From: a virus
Taxonomy: Duplodnaviria > Caudoviricetes
Virus record (IMG/VR): IMGVR_UViG_3300027819_000006
Reading direction: 5' to 3' (one strand)
DNA: 64,000 nucleotides
This document shows, in pieces, positions 37,670-49,695 of the stretch (the stretch's first letter is position 1; the number at the start of each line of letters is the position of its first letter). The notes beneath the pieces were generated by a model, which was not told the DNA's origin, searched no databases, and saw only the letters and a list, made by a program, of their open reading frames with translations. The position numbers were made by a program, and so were the translations under genes.

Positions 37670-38359
37670 TCAAAAATTACACTGACATCCTTTTAACATT
37701 AAAATGTCCATATCGCAAATACAGCCCCAAACTCTATTTGTTTTCTCTAATTGAGCTTTTATGGATTCTTTAACATTTGTAACTTCATATCGAGAAAAAA
37801 TTTTATCTGATAATTCTGCATGAGGTATAAATGGAATATAGATACTTAATATATGTCTATTATCTAATCTCTTACAAATAGAATCTATAAACTTAGTTTC
37901 ATCATCTATTTCAAAATCTAACATTCTTGTTTCAGCTGTTATTGCTGTAGCTATTACTCTATCTTTACAAGTTTCTTTGTCATACATAAATAAAACTCTA
38001 GATGGCAAATTCATACTTTCATAACCATATATTATATTTTTATTTGTCATAATTTGAAGATGATAAACTAATTTTATTATATGACTATACAGTTTATTTG
38101 TGTAATCTGAAGTAAAACATCGATTTAATTGATCATAATCAGCCAAGAATCTTTCTTGATTTCTTAATAGAGTTATAGCTGTGCATTTAGAATATTCTGT
38201 CAGTTTTTCATATTCTTCACAATTTAAAACATTTTTCAATTTAATTTTAAGTTCTTCTATAGCATTCTCATTCAAACTATAACATTCTATATCAACTATC
38301 ATATGCTGTATTTTTGAATATATGCATTTCAACCAAGGATGTATTATATCTATATTCAT
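37670..38359 (-). CDS. hypothetical protein with C-terminal CxC-x8-G-CxC tag
   Basis: ends CICDMDILMLKGCQCNF. Confidence 0.75.
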   Translation of the reverse strand: MNIDIIHPWLKCIYSKIQHMIVDIECYSLNENAIEELKIKLKNVLNCEEYEKLTEYSKCTAITLLRNQERFLADYDQLNRCFTSDYTNKLYSHIIKLVYHLQIMTNKNIIYGYESMNLPSRVLFMYDKETCKDRVIATAITAETRMLDFEIDDETKFIDSICKRLDNRHILSIYIPFIPHAELSDKIFSRYEVTNVKESIKAQLEKTNRVWGCICDMDILMLKGCQCNF

Positions 38360-38362
38360 TTT

Positions 38363-39148
38363 CTATTTAACAAATTGTTCTAAAATTTGTCCTTTCGTTA
38401 TGTTATATTGTTTTAGCAATTGCTTTTTATATTCCATATTATGCGTGTGCAGTAAAGAAATTTCAGGTGTCCACTCTAGCCGGGGTAATTCTTTGCGCTG
38501 CATGTCGTGCCAATAATATTCTAATAGATGTCGATTTATTTCTATATTAAACTCTTCATCATTTAGCATTGTGAAATTTATGATTCTGTCTCTAAGTGTA
38601 TATAGAATATATTCTTCTGTATTTTCAAATCCTAAAGATGTTGGTGCGTATTTATCAATTAGCTTTTGCTGTCTTAATCGAAAATCACAAACTTTAAATT
38701 GAAAAGGTAATATTCTGTGCAAAAATTTTCTTCTAAACATCATACAATCTGGTGCTACCAATTCATTGCAATCTATTCCTGCTGAGAATTGCTTACCAGA
38801 ATCTATAAAATTTTGAACAGCTTTTACAAATCCTTGTTCTGTTAAAAAATGCACATCAAAATTATGTATAACTACTGTATCTCTGTAGCCAGCATTAGCA
38901 TAAGACAGCCCTTCGTTTATTTCTGAAAGTGCTCCTGTAGCAGGATTTTTGTCAATCGGCATAGAAATAAATGCATTCTCAAATACTCCTGAGCAAATCT
39001 TTGTAAGATCTCCGTTGTAAACTGTTACATGTTGCAGATCTTTGTTGAAAGAATAGTTGCTAATTATATCAATTCCAGTATAATATTCAAATACTTTGTT
39101 GACAGATCCAATTCTGATCAAAATTATATTTTTAGGATCAAACATCAT
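38363..39148 (-). CDS. glycosyltransferase-like (GT-A) protein
   Basis: VIHNFDVHF, PDCMMFRR, LLHTHN; island context. Confidence 0.5.
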   Translation of the reverse strand: MMFDPKNIILIRIGSVNKVFEYYTGIDIISNYSFNKDLQHVTVYNGDLTKICSGVFENAFISMPIDKNPATGALSEINEGLSYANAGYRDTVVIHNFDVHFLTEQGFVKAVQNFIDSGKQFSAGIDCNELVAPDCMMFRRKFLHRILPFQFKVCDFRLRQQKLIDKYAPTSLGFENTEEYILYTLRDRIINFTMLNDEEFNIEINRHLLEYYWHDMQRKELPRLEWTPEISLLHTHNMEYKKQLLKQYNITKGQILEQFVK

Positions 39149-39620
39149 AATCTATAGCAATCATTTCACTTTGTTTAGTATTATATACATATTGCAACTT
39201 TCCAGATTTATATGAAGCAAAAATAACATCCAATCTTCCATACTCTATCAAATGACTTTCAGTAGCTGTATATGGATAGCTTTTTAGATCTGATAATCCA
39301 AGCTTATACTTGAATGTATTGAAATCATTCACTTCTTCATATTTCATTTTTACTGTTGTCATTTTAGCAACCCTTTATTTAAATTATGGAACTATAATAC
39401 TACTTGTCATCTGTCTGTGCATTGCTTCATATATGAGTTCTGGTATCTGCAAAGTTCTACAATGCGAACATACAATTGTAGGAATGGGTCCTAAATTGAA
39501 ACCCATTAGTTTCTCATCATCTTTCTGTTCATAACCACAAGCTACACATATAAAATGATCAGATGCTTCATTTTCTTGTTTTTCTTCCGAGCCAGGGAAT
39601 TGTAATATATTGTCAGCCAT
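39138..39620 (-). CDS. two small hypothetical proteins (39138-39362; 39384-39620 Zn-ribbon)
   Basis: CVAC..CSHC in the second ORF. Confidence 0.55.
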
Positions 39621-40191
39621 TTTCCTCCACTATTTTTTCAATGATGCCGTGTATCAAACAAATGCTTGATATCTCATGAACTCCATATCCACTTTCTTTA
39701 AACCATATAATATCGTCAAAACACTTTTTAGATTCTTCATATGTATTTTGAAATCCAAATATTCCAATTGTTTTGCACTTAACAGATTTTGCATATGCAG
39801 AAGCATGTAAAATATTCTTAGACTTACCACTAGAAGATATAGATATTAGTAAATCATTTTCATTTAGATTAAATCTTTTTAGCCATTCAATATAAATATT
39901 TTCAAAAGTGTAATCATTGCCAAAACAAGTTAACATAGACCCAGAAGACATTACATGAGCTTCTATATTACATCTTTTAAATAGATCATTTGCTATATGA
40001 TCGCAGTTGCTCCAAGATCCCCCATTTCCTGCAAGGAATATTCTTTTACTTGATTTTATAGCATTATATAAATTATATACAGAGTTAATATTTGTAGAAC
40101 ATACAAATTTATTTACTTCACACGAGAACTTTGCTACAAAATCATTTACTTCATAAACATCTTTCAGCTGTTCTTCCATACTACTTTGCAA
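39613..40191 (-). CDS. gmhA: phosphoheptose isomerase (SIS domain)
   Basis: AGNGGSWSNCDH, NDYTF, ISSSGKSKN, HE. Confidence 0.85.
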   Translation of the reverse strand: MQSSMEEQLKDVYEVNDFVAKFSCEVNKFVCSTNINSVYNLYNAIKSSKRIFLAGNGGSWSNCDHIANDLFKRCNIEAHVMSSGSMLTCFGNDYTFENIYIEWLKRFNLNENDLLISISSSGKSKNILHASAYAKSVKCKTIGIFGFQNTYEESKKCFDDIIWFKESGYGVHEISSICLIHGIIEKIVEENG

Positions 40192-40858
40192 CTCTTGTAG
40201 TTACCTTCACTTCTTTTCTGTTCAACACTCTGTCTTTAACTTCTGATACTACTTGAGCAAGATGTGCTTCAACATGTTTTACATATTCAGCAACTACTAG
40301 TTCTTCTGCTTTAGCCTTGCTTTCTACATCTTCAAAAACATGTGTAAATGCAGGAACTACATGCAGTGCATCTTCTACTAGCTCTACTACTTTAACTTTT
40401 ACTTTCATTTTGTTTCTCCATAAATTTAGTTGTGATTTCTTGTGTCATAGTTCTATATTCGTAAAAATCTGACTCTGGTCTTTTGATAATTTGCAATAAT
40501 GGTTGCTCTATACTATTAGATATTAAACAGTAGTGCACAAAAGTATATGGATCTATAAAGTGTTTACCAGTTTTAAGATCACTTCTTCCATCGAACTGTT
40601 TAAAATCTTTTACTATAGCTGTAATTACTTTTTTAGGAAATGCTTTTATCATTTAGTTAGTATGTTGTCCTGTTTGATTTCTGCTAATTTTGTTTCTTTA
40701 AACTGTTCTACATTGATATTTTTTTTAAATAGCTCATATTTAAATCGAACCATATCTTCTATGCCTATCATAGCTTCTTTTACAGCATCTACTTTATGCA
40801 ATGCTTCTAAAGTTAATAGAGCTTCAGCATCTAAATTTGCATCTTTTAATAGATTCAC
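40181..40858 (-). CDS. three small hypothetical proteins (40181-40408, 40392-40652, 40649-40858)
   Basis: coupled ORFs. Confidence 0.5.
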
Positions 40859-41021
40859 ACATTTGCTCCTATTTAGTTAGAATATCTTGTTTAATTTCTG
40901 ATATTAGTTTACTTATTTCTTGTAGCTTTAATAAAGTTCTTTCATTTTTTAAACGTAATTTTTCATTTTCTTCATTTAAATTGAAATTATCTTGTTGTAG
41001 CTGCTTTAAATCTTTTTTCAT

Positions 41022-42020
41022 CTATTCCTCAATATTGAAAATAATACGACTCCCATAAGAATCTATCTCAAAATGTTCTTCTGTCAAGCCTAAGCTATTC
41101 ATTGAAGCTCTTACATTCTCTTGTTTGTCTGGTTTGGCGTATAGTATTAAATATCCTCCCCCACCGGCTCCTGTAATCTTACCACCTGTTGCTCCAGCTT
41201 GTATTGCTGAATTATAAAGATTGTCAATATGCTCATTGCTTATATTACTACTAAATGTTTTCTTTAACTCCCAGTTCTTAGACATTGTTCGGCCAATAGC
41301 ATCAAAATCTCTATTTTTCAAACTAACATTTAGATGTTTAGCTAATTCTACATTTAGATGCATTGCTTCTATTACTTTTTGATTGTCAATTAAATTGCTA
41401 TTCTGTTCATTGAGCACAGAAGATGATTCTCTAGTTATTCCAGTATTAAACATTAAAATGTTTCTAGATATGCTTTTTAGCTCATCATCTGAGAAGTCAT
41501 ATCTCGATATTCCTACATAGTCATTCTTCTCAAATAGAAATCTGTTGAAACCACCAACTGATGCCCAGTATTGATCCTGAACACCGATATTACGGTTGCA
41601 CATGTTTATCTCTATATGACAAGCCTCTTTAGCTAATCTTTCTTTAGAAACTTGCTGACCATTCATAGTATATAAAGCATTCAATAGAGACACTAAAAAT
41701 GAGCTAGAAGACCCAAGTCCTGTGCCCTTTAAAGAAATATCAGAAAAACAAACTATTTCTAGTCCACAATCTATATTTAGATATTTTAAAGTATTTTTAA
41801 CAAAATCATGCTTTATCGAATTTATATTATTTACATCAACTATTTCATTTTCTGAATATTTAAGAAATATCTTATTATCTTTTCTTTTCTTAACCAGAAC
41901 ATATGTAAATTTATTTATAGAAAAACCTATACATATTCCGCCATATTTTTTAAAATATATTGGAGAATCACTTCCTCCACCGCAGAGTCCCAAACGAGTC
42001 GGAGATTTACTTAAAATCAA
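41022..42020 (-). CDS. hddA: D-glycero-alpha-D-manno-heptose-7-phosphate kinase (GHMP)
   Basis: PTRLGLCGGGSD, GTGLGSSSS, GVQDQY, GGKITGAGGGG. Confidence 0.9.
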   Translation of the reverse strand: MILSKSPTRLGLCGGGSDSPIYFKKYGGICIGFSINKFTYVLVKKRKDNKIFLKYSENEIVDVNNINSIKHDFVKNTLKYLNIDCGLEIVCFSDISLKGTGLGSSSSFLVSLLNALYTMNGQQVSKERLAKEACHIEINMCNRNIGVQDQYWASVGGFNRFLFEKNDYVGISRYDFSDDELKSISRNILMFNTGITRESSSVLNEQNSNLIDNQKVIEAMHLNVELAKHLNVSLKNRDFDAIGRTMSKNWELKKTFSSNISNEHIDNLYNSAIQAGATGGKITGAGGGGYLILYAKPDKQENVRASMNSLGLTEEHFEIDSYGSRIIFNIEE

Positions 42021-42412
42021 GTTTTAAAATCCTTATCTTTCTAAATCATTTAGATATTCAACTAATTCGCTATATTTCTTAAACCATAGAGCTACGTTGT
42101 CTTCTATCATTTTACCTACAGCTTTTAAAGATTTTATCTGAGCTTTATCAAATTCTGAATCTCCATCTTTTGTGAAGAAAAAGAATAGAGTTTTATATGG
42201 TATCTTATTACTATCGTCTACAACTTCAGCTATAGAATAAACTCCAACTATCTTGGGAGTTATGTACTTTATCACAAATTTTTCTTTGTTTAATTTCTTC
42301 TGCTTGACATTCTGGAATCCAATCTTCTACTACAGGATTAAAATAATCAATTTTTAACTGATTAATTTATTTCTCCATTTGCTATCTGTACAAGTACCCA
42401 TTAATGCTACTT

Positions 42413-43468
42413 TCATTGTTTACTCCTTATAGATTCTACTGTATCTTTTATCATATCGTTGATATTCTTTTTATGGTGCCAATCAAAATATTTACTTGTT
42501 TTTGTAATATCTGCTAAAGTTATTTGCGCTTGTTTCACAACGTCCGGTAAATAATCTATATTAGGCCACAGTAATTCATCATCTTTACCAGTGACATATT
42601 TTGCTACTAATCTGTATATTTCATACACACTGTAATTTTTGTTAGTGCCCACATTAAATGTTTCTGAATCTTTCATACATATTCTTTTTTCCAAAGCTAG
42701 CATGTGTAAATCTACAACATCATCTATATGAATGTAATCTCTTCTTCTACAGCGATCCCCATAGATTATTGGGTTTTCATCATTCAGCATTTTTGATGCA
42801 AATGCGCCCATTACAGGAGGGACATCACGCAAGATGTTCTGAGACTTGCCGCAGACATTGAATAATCTGAATAAAGTAGATCCAAATCCAAAATCTTTGC
42901 TCATAGACCTGACAAATTGTGATGCTGCCATTTTAGTTATAGCATAATAACCCATTGGAGTAGATGTATTAGGTGCTTGATTTTCATTAGAGGGATATGT
43001 AGAACCATAATTATATACTGTCCTTGACTCTATATCTACAACTTCTTTTGCTTCTACATATGGTATACTATCATATTCAGCACTTGTATCTGCAAAGAAA
43101 AAGTGTTTACATTCAAACTCTTTAGCTATTTTTAGCATCTGAATTGTACCATTAACATTTATATCTATAGCTTTTTCTGGATGATCATTACAGAAATTTA
43201 ATTCACCTCGTGCATGGCCACATACTACTGCATCTAATTTATCTATGCGTAATATACAGTCAAGATATTCAAATATAGTGTCATAATTTCTTGCATCTAT
43301 GACAGCAAAATGAAAATTAAGGTTGTCTTGCAAATCTTCTATATTCTTTTTAAAACCACAGCTAAGATCATCTATTCCTATCACATTATAGTTGCCATTA
43401 TTCACTAATCTTCTAGCTAAATGAGAATAGACGAAACCTGCACAGCCAGTTATTAGAATATTTTTCAT
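42413..43468 (-). CDS. NDP-sugar epimerase/dehydratase (extended SDR)
   Basis: TGCAGFVY, YAITK, RLFNVCG, RDYIHIDD. Confidence 0.9.
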   Translation of the reverse strand: MKNILITGCAGFVYSHLARRLVNNGNYNVIGIDDLSCGFKKNIEDLQDNLNFHFAVIDARNYDTIFEYLDCILRIDKLDAVVCGHARGELNFCNDHPEKAIDINVNGTIQMLKIAKEFECKHFFFADTSAEYDSIPYVEAKEVVDIESRTVYNYGSTYPSNENQAPNTSTPMGYYAITKMAASQFVRSMSKDFGFGSTLFRLFNVCGKSQNILRDVPPVMGAFASKMLNDENPIIYGDRCRRRDYIHIDDVVDLHMLALEKRICMKDSETFNVGTNKNYSVYEIYRLVAKYVTGKDDELLWPNIDYLPDVVKQAQITLADITKTSKYFDWHHKKNINDMIKDTVESIRSKQ

Positions 43469-43728
43469 TGTTTATTCCTAAATTCTATATATCTATTTAG
43501 ACACCATATAGCTTTATTTATATCTTCTGTTTCTGATCCTTTATATGCTGCTCTACATATATATTTTATAGCATTACCCAGATGGAATCCAAAATTTTGA
43601 TCTTCCAAAAAATCTATAGTTTCAATTTTCCCTACATTATAATGTGATGGATGATTTACTTTTTCTTTTAATTGTGGAACTATAAAGCCTGTTCTATTTT
43701 CTTTATTCTTCTTTGTTGTTTTCTGCAT
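43465..43728 (-). CDS. DUF3310 family protein
   Basis: VNHPSHY..ETID..GNAIKYICRA..K..EDINKA.W. Confidence 0.9.
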   Translation of the reverse strand: MQKTTKKNKENRTGFIVPQLKEKVNHPSHYNVGKIETIDFLEDQNFGFHLGNAIKYICRAAYKGSETEDINKAIWCLNRYIEFRNKQ

Positions 43729-43930
43729 CTATTTCATCTCTTTCAGTCCAAGACATTTCAAAATATAGATCTTCCATTTTTGATAGCAATTCTTTTTCTT
43801 TTTCAGTATATTCAATTGTGTGTTCTTCTAATGCATTTTGCAAATTTTCTAGTTGTAGTCTTAATTCTCTGTATGTGTCTAATTGTAGCATTTCTCAGTT
43901 CTCCAATTGTTGCTATTAATTTATAATAAA

Positions 43931-44971
43931 TTATGACAAGCTTTTATAAATATCTAATTGTTTTTTGCCCATATCTAGTGCATAGCACATATTTTTCCAA
44001 AGTGATTTTGCATTATTACTAAAATATTCATAATCTACTTTTTTATCTGCAAATGCTTTCATTATTCTTGAATATTCATCTACATCTCCATATTTTGTCA
44101 CGAATCCTGAGTTCTGTATGCATTCTATATGTCCTTGATAATGTAATCCGTAATGACTTATTATTGGTTTACCTCTTGATTGAGCATTCCATATTGCTGA
44201 AGAATTACATTCGCCATCTTTTCTTGAGTGAGTCATCACATTTAGAGTGTTATAAAATCTATTTATTCTGTCTGTATCAATAGATTTATTTATCAATCTA
44301 TAATTTTTAATATTTAGCTTTTCAAATGATTCTTTAGCATATTCTTCTACTCCCATTATAACAAAACAAGTTTTGTCAGTTTCTATTTTAGAGTAAGCTA
44401 ATAAATTTAGATTATCAAAAGTCTGAGGATCTGGTCGACCAATATGACCGAAGACAAAAGTATCTTCGTCTATATTCAGTTCTTTTCTTAAATTTTCATT
44501 ATTCAAAGGATCTTCTACTGGATTTCTTACAACTAAATGATTTGAATCATTTTGCTTATTTACAGCATTTCTAATCCAGCTTGATACATATATTACTTTT
44601 GATATATCTATTGTCTCATCTTGATTTCCAAAAACTGAAGTAGATATAAAATGTTTGCAATGCTGTTTAATTTCTTTTATAAATGGAAACTCTGGAATGC
44701 CCGCAGAATATCTATGAGTAATAAAAGGCTTAATCTCTCTCGTTATATAAACTAGCTCTGGTCTTGATCCATAAGCAAATACTCTATCTTTACCCAATAT
44801 TTTTGAAAATTGTTCAAATCTTAAACTGTCTTTATCTGCAGGATAAAATACTGTATGAATAAAATTGCTCTCTTTATCAATAATATTCATGTGTTTACAT
44901 AGCAGTAATAACATCTCTTGTGTCCCGCCAATTCCTAAGTCTCCTATATGATGAAGTACTGTTTTTTTCAT
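43931..44971 (-). CDS. GT4-like glycosyltransferase
   Basis: GIGGTQ, FGHIGR, DGECNSSAIWNAQSRGKPIIS. Confidence 0.85.
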   Translation of the reverse strand: MKKTVLHHIGDLGIGGTQEMLLLLCKHMNIIDKESNFIHTVFYPADKDSLRFEQFSKILGKDRVFAYGSRPELVYITREIKPFITHRYSAGIPEFPFIKEIKQHCKHFISTSVFGNQDETIDISKVIYVSSWIRNAVNKQNDSNHLVVRNPVEDPLNNENLRKELNIDEDTFVFGHIGRPDPQTFDNLNLLAYSKIETDKTCFVIMGVEEYAKESFEKLNIKNYRLINKSIDTDRINRFYNTLNVMTHSRKDGECNSSAIWNAQSRGKPIISHYGLHYQGHIECIQNSGFVTKYGDVDEYSRIMKAFADKKVDYEYFSNNAKSLWKNMCYALDMGKKQLDIYKSLS

Positions 44972-46020
44972 ACTTCATCCTTATAGATATTTTCTTTTAT
45001 TTTTATAGCTCTTTCTTTATAATATTCATCTAAATCTCTATCTAGATATTCGCCAAAAACTATATGATATATTTGAGATTGCTCAGGATATAGTTCGACA
45101 AATTTAGATATTTTTTCTCTCGATTTATTTAAAGTATATTCGCATTTCACTTCCTCTATTCTGATCAAATTATTATTTTCATCATAAATATGAAAATCAG
45201 GGATATATTTGCATGTCAATAAATCATATTTTATTTCTTCATAAGTCCATATTATATTTTTAGAATCTAAGAATATTGCTCGTTTAACTTCATATGAAGA
45301 TCTCATATTATATCCATTGTATGGATATCTGCTTTTTACTTTTATAGTGTTTTTTCTACATTTTTCACATATTCCATTTTTATTACCTTTATGAATAGGT
45401 GCAGGGCACAATGAACAAAAAACACCATGATTCTTAACTTTATCTTTAACATTAGAGCATTCTAATATTATATTTGGATAATCTTTTCTTATATGAATAG
45501 CATTCATATATTTATGTTTTGTCATCATATGTCTAGTCAGTTGCTGTTTCACTTTACTGCATATTGGACATATTAAATAATCAACGAATTCCTGTCCTGT
45601 CAGCAACTGTTTTATAATATCTAATCTTATATTTTTATTATGTTCAACTATATGCTGTTTGCTTTTTGATGCAGAGCAACTTCTGCATAAATCGCTTCTG
45701 CCAGTAGTTTCTCCACCACAATTAGAGCAGTAATATTTTTTAAGTTTTCTGCAATTATTACATTCTTCGAAACCATTAGATATAGTCCTTTTTGGAAGTA
45801 CTTTTCCACATGATATGCAGCTAATATCTTTTTTAAAATCTTCATCTCTGCATTCGACACACATATCAATATTTTTTAATACAGTATGATAATGAAGTAT
45901 TTTATTGCATGATATGCAACGAGCTCTGCTATTCAATCTACAATTTTTGCATATTTTTAAACCAGCTGCTATTGTATGATGATGAAGATTTTTATTGCAT
46001 TTTTCACATTTCTTATTCAT
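44968..46020 (-). CDS. Cys-rich PD-(D/E)XK homing-type endonuclease
   Basis: repeated CxxC; MRSSYE..YIPDFHIY..EEVKC. Confidence 0.75.
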   Translation of the reverse strand: MNKKCEKCNKNLHHHTIAAGLKICKNCRLNSRARCISCNKILHYHTVLKNIDMCVECRDEDFKKDISCISCGKVLPKRTISNGFEECNNCRKLKKYYCSNCGGETTGRSDLCRSCSASKSKQHIVEHNKNIRLDIIKQLLTGQEFVDYLICPICSKVKQQLTRHMMTKHKYMNAIHIRKDYPNIILECSNVKDKVKNHGVFCSLCPAPIHKGNKNGICEKCRKNTIKVKSRYPYNGYNMRSSYEVKRAIFLDSKNIIWTYEEIKYDLLTCKYIPDFHIYDENNNLIRIEEVKCEYTLNKSREKISKFVELYPEQSQIYHIVFGEYLDRDLDEYYKERAIKIKENIYKDEV

Positions 46021-46361
46021 TTCACTATATTTTCTTCTTGCTCTATAAACTCTGTCAATTTCTTATGCAAAACTTTTGCTTGCTCAATATTCATCTGTTC
46101 AAAATTTAAATCTTCTGGCACTAATATGAAACTACAGCTTTCATCTAATTTCTGTGAAGCAAAGAAATCTTGCAAGCTTTTAGATATACTCGATAACCAA
46201 TCGCTGCTATGTTTTGTTCTAGAACTATATTTAACTATGAAAAGCTTTCTATTTAGAGATAGAACAGAACATTCAGATATGAAACTATGCAAATCATTCA
46301 TAGAATTTAGTTTTTTAAATATGTTCATGATTTCTCCATATCTAATAAAGCTTTCTTCCAT
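46017..46361 (-). CDS. hypothetical protein
   Basis: 114-aa coupled ORF. Confidence 0.55.
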   Translation of the reverse strand: MEESFIRYGEIMNIFKKLNSMNDLHSFISECSVLSLNRKLFIVKYSSRTKHSSDWLSSISKSLQDFFASQKLDESCSFILVPEDLNFEQMNIEQAKVLHKKLTEFIEQEENIVK

Positions 46362-46811
46362 TCTGCACCAAATGCATAATTTCCTAAACCTCTATCTGAT
46401 TTAACTACTCTGTGACAAGGTATCAATATTGGCAGAATGTTCTTACTCATTATAGTTCCTACAGCTCTATATGCTTTGCTATTACATAGTTCTGCTAATT
46501 CTTTGTACGATAAAGTTTTACCTCTGTAAGTGTTTTGTATCAGTTGCTTATATTTTATAGCTAAAAGTTGAATGAGCAGTAATTCCAATGCAATAAGCTA
46601 AATTTTTATAGAATGATATTTCTTTTCCATTGTCAAAATATTCTCTGAAGTCTGATGCTATAGATTGTATAGTTTTGTTATCTAATTCTAATTCTTCTAT
46701 ACTAAATTTAACATCAGATTGTTTGAAGTCTAATAACTCTATTTTTAGAATCAAACCATCTATATAATAAACTTTTATTTTGCCAAATCTTGTGTTAAAT
46801 ATTGCTGTCAT
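46325..46811 (-). pseudogene. ogt: O6-methylguanine-DNA methyltransferase, split by a frameshift near 46550
   Basis: LSYKELA..YRAVG..IPCHRVV..GNY in 46325-46588; N-terminal half in 46548-46811. Confidence 0.85.
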
Positions 46812-48095
46812 TGAGCATATCTAACTTCATCAGATCCTTCTTTTATCATTCTGATATTTGGAGCCTCTGGTTTTTCTATTGTCTCTTGCAAAGGTTTAAT
46901 TTCTAATTTATATCTATACCAATTTCTCTCATCTTTACTTGTTTCTTTAAAATAAACATCTTCATATCTTTTAACAGAAGCAACCCAGCCAAATTTCTGC
47001 AATTCTTCATTTATATGTGGCAATGCATGATCTATCCTATTAAAACACGGTAAATCTATTTATCCACCATTAGATGATATTCTTCTGTTAAGACTATTAA
47101 ATTCATACTCGATAGAAAACAAAACATTCTTTATTAGCTGTTCAGCATAATTTTTAGATATTTTGTGTTCTGTTTCTTTTAATTGCTGTGGAGTTGGAAT
47201 GTTCATAGATTGTCTGTAAATTTTAGAAATTGATGAATATCAGTGAAAACTTGATTATTTGCTACTATTCTGTAACCTTTTCTGTAAATATCTGATACAT
47301 TTGAAAGTAAAGATTTAACAACCTCTCCATTGATACATTCATAATAATGTATTCTTATGTTTTTATCATCTTTTTCTATAGAATACCAGCCATCTTTATG
47401 TAATAGATCATAATTCATAATTACTTGTCAAGTCCTAATTCTAATTCATGGCTCTTGACTGTCAGAATACTTTCTATCAAATTCAATCTTTCTCTTATAG
47501 CATATACTTCATTATAAAATTGCTCTATTTGTTCTGCTGAACAATTCATATCTCTTATACAATGTTCATAGCTAATTATATGATCTCTAATATTCATAAA
47601 ATCTTCAGTGACTTGCTTTTTCTGTTTATTTTTGTTCATTTTATATTTCTCCAATTAATTCAGCATTTTTGTCTATCCAATCAATATCTATAGCTTACTT
47701 GTGAAATCTGACATAGTCATTTTCACCAAAATCTATTTCATACATTTTGCTATATACAAAAGATATATTTCCTATCATCTCTATTTCTTGTCCATATCCA
47801 ATTTTAACTTTTATTCTATCATTTAACTTGAATTTATTACTGTTTTTTGGAGATATATAGCTTTCAAAAAATAGTATATTATCTTTTAATCTGATATTGT
47901 CATATTTCATGTTATCTCTCGAGTTTTGTTTTCTCTACCATACCATTTTTCTCTTTTATTAACAGCATTGTTGTATGCTTCTAAACAATTTATTAAATAT
48001 TCGGCTAATATAAAATCAGGAGTATTACTATAGTTTTCTATGGAATATTTATTTATAAGTTGCGTTAATTCTCTTTGAAAATCAATTTCATTCAT
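46808..48095 (-). CDS. run of small hypothetical proteins (46808-47023, 47203-47418, 47421-47654, 47695-47910, 47907-48095)
   Basis: minus-strand ORFs; last has the common phage motif NTPDFILAEYL. Confidence 0.55.
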
Positions 48096-49695
48096 CTTTA
48101 TAAATCCTTTCTTTAACTTTTTTAGCTGTTAATTCATATTGAAGCTCTTCTCTTTGCAAATCTCTTTTCTGTTTATCTATTGATTTTCTATGGATTATAT
48201 GATTGCCGATCAATATAAATTCTTTTTTAGCTCCAATAACTTGCTCATGCGTTTCACCACGAAACTGACATACGTTTTTATTAAATAATCTTTTTTGAGC
48301 GTCATGTTCATAATTTATCCATTTAAATCCAGACATATTCCACCCTCTAGATTGACAAAATTCTAATAATTCCTGATCAGATAGTCCATCTAAAATATTC
48401 TTTCTTGGAATAGAAATACAATCTATATTTTTATTTTGCATCTCCCATATGCACCAGTTTATCTGATTTAGAAAATGATGTTCATATGTTTCATCTGAAT
48501 CTATAAATAGAATATAATTATTTTTAGCATTCTCTAAAGATGCATTTTTTTGTATTTCAAAGTTATCTTTCCACTCTCTTTCTATAACTTTTACTTTATC
48601 TACTCCAACTTTATTTTGAAAGCTATATAGAATATTTTTAGTTCCGTCAGAAGATTTGCTATCTATTACAGATACAAATTCATTATTTATATATAGCTCT
48701 ATATTATCTAAAGTTCTTTTAATAGTTTCTTTGTCACTTCTTGCAATGTTGCAAATACTATATTTTACATCTGGCTTTTTATGATGTTCATACAAATACA
48801 TAAACTTGTCAAACACATCTTGAACTTCTGCATTTACATTAGTTTCTACATATAAATTATTGTAAATTTCTGAACTTCTCTGTGGCAAGTGCACTGGCAA
48901 GAAAAACGTGTTTTTTGTATAGATGCATACAGTTGGTATTCTATTTCTTGCTGCAACTTCCCACAGCCAACTATTGGTTGCTATACATCCTTGAGCGTAT
49001 TCTTGAATTAGTGCTATAGTTTCTTCTACAGACAATCCCATAGCATCAAAATATTCTACTTCTTTATTCAATGCTTCTTTTAATCCATAATCTTCATCGT
49101 TTATTCCTACTAGCATTGGAGTAAATTCATTTTCATATAACTTTCTACAAATAGAAACCCATTTTTCTTTTGATAAAAATCTACCCTGCTGTAAATCAAC
49201 ATCAAATCCCTCAGGAGAACCACTAGATGTGATAGGATTAATAATGACATATTTATATTTTAATCGTAATTTTAAATTTTTACATCTATTTGGTTCATCC
49301 AAATATTTTCTTAGTCTTATATGAGGGTAATATTCAGTTTTATATTTATAGAAATCTTCCATATCATAATTTGAAATGAAAGAGGGAGTTTCATTGTTAA
49401 AAATTTCAGCACAGAAACATGCATCAATGAGCATGTCGCCATCTTTCAATATAGATTTTTTCAACCATTCTTTGAAATATTCTACTTGTGAATGATTTGT
49501 GAAATTTTTTATTACAGAAGATTTATATCCTTCTCTTGTAGCTTGTTCTTTACATAAAATAGGACTTTTACCCCAGCCGCCAAAATAGAAAACTATCTCA
49601 TGATCTGAATGTTTTTCTTTTATAGATTTACATCTAGTCAAGAAAGATAGAAAATCTCCATAGCCTGCCATATGTAAAATCACTATTTTATTCAT
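48088..49695 (-). CDS. GT9 (heptosyltransferase-like) + GT2 fusion protein
   Basis: GYGDFL N-terminus, SWLWEVA; second domain IDSKSSDGT..FIDSDE..HEQV. Confidence 0.8.
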   Translation of the reverse strand: MNKIVILHMAGYGDFLSFLTRCKSIKEKHSDHEIVFYFGGWGKSPILCKEQATREGYKSSVIKNFTNHSQVEYFKEWLKKSILKDGDMLIDACFCAEIFNNETPSFISNYDMEDFYKYKTEYYPHIRLRKYLDEPNRCKNLKLRLKYKYVIINPITSSGSPEGFDVDLQQGRFLSKEKWVSICRKLYENEFTPMLVGINDEDYGLKEALNKEVEYFDAMGLSVEETIALIQEYAQGCIATNSWLWEVAARNRIPTVCIYTKNTFFLPVHLPQRSSEIYNNLYVETNVNAEVQDVFDKFMYLYEHHKKPDVKYSICNIARSDKETIKRTLDNIELYINNEFVSVIDSKSSDGTKNILYSFQNKVGVDKVKVIEREWKDNFEIQKNASLENAKNNYILFIDSDETYEHHFLNQINWCIWEMQNKNIDCISIPRKNILDGLSDQELLEFCQSRGWNMSGFKWINYEHDAQKRLFNKNVCQFRGETHEQVIGAKKEFILIGNHIIHRKSIDKQKRDLQREELQYELTAKKVKERIYKDE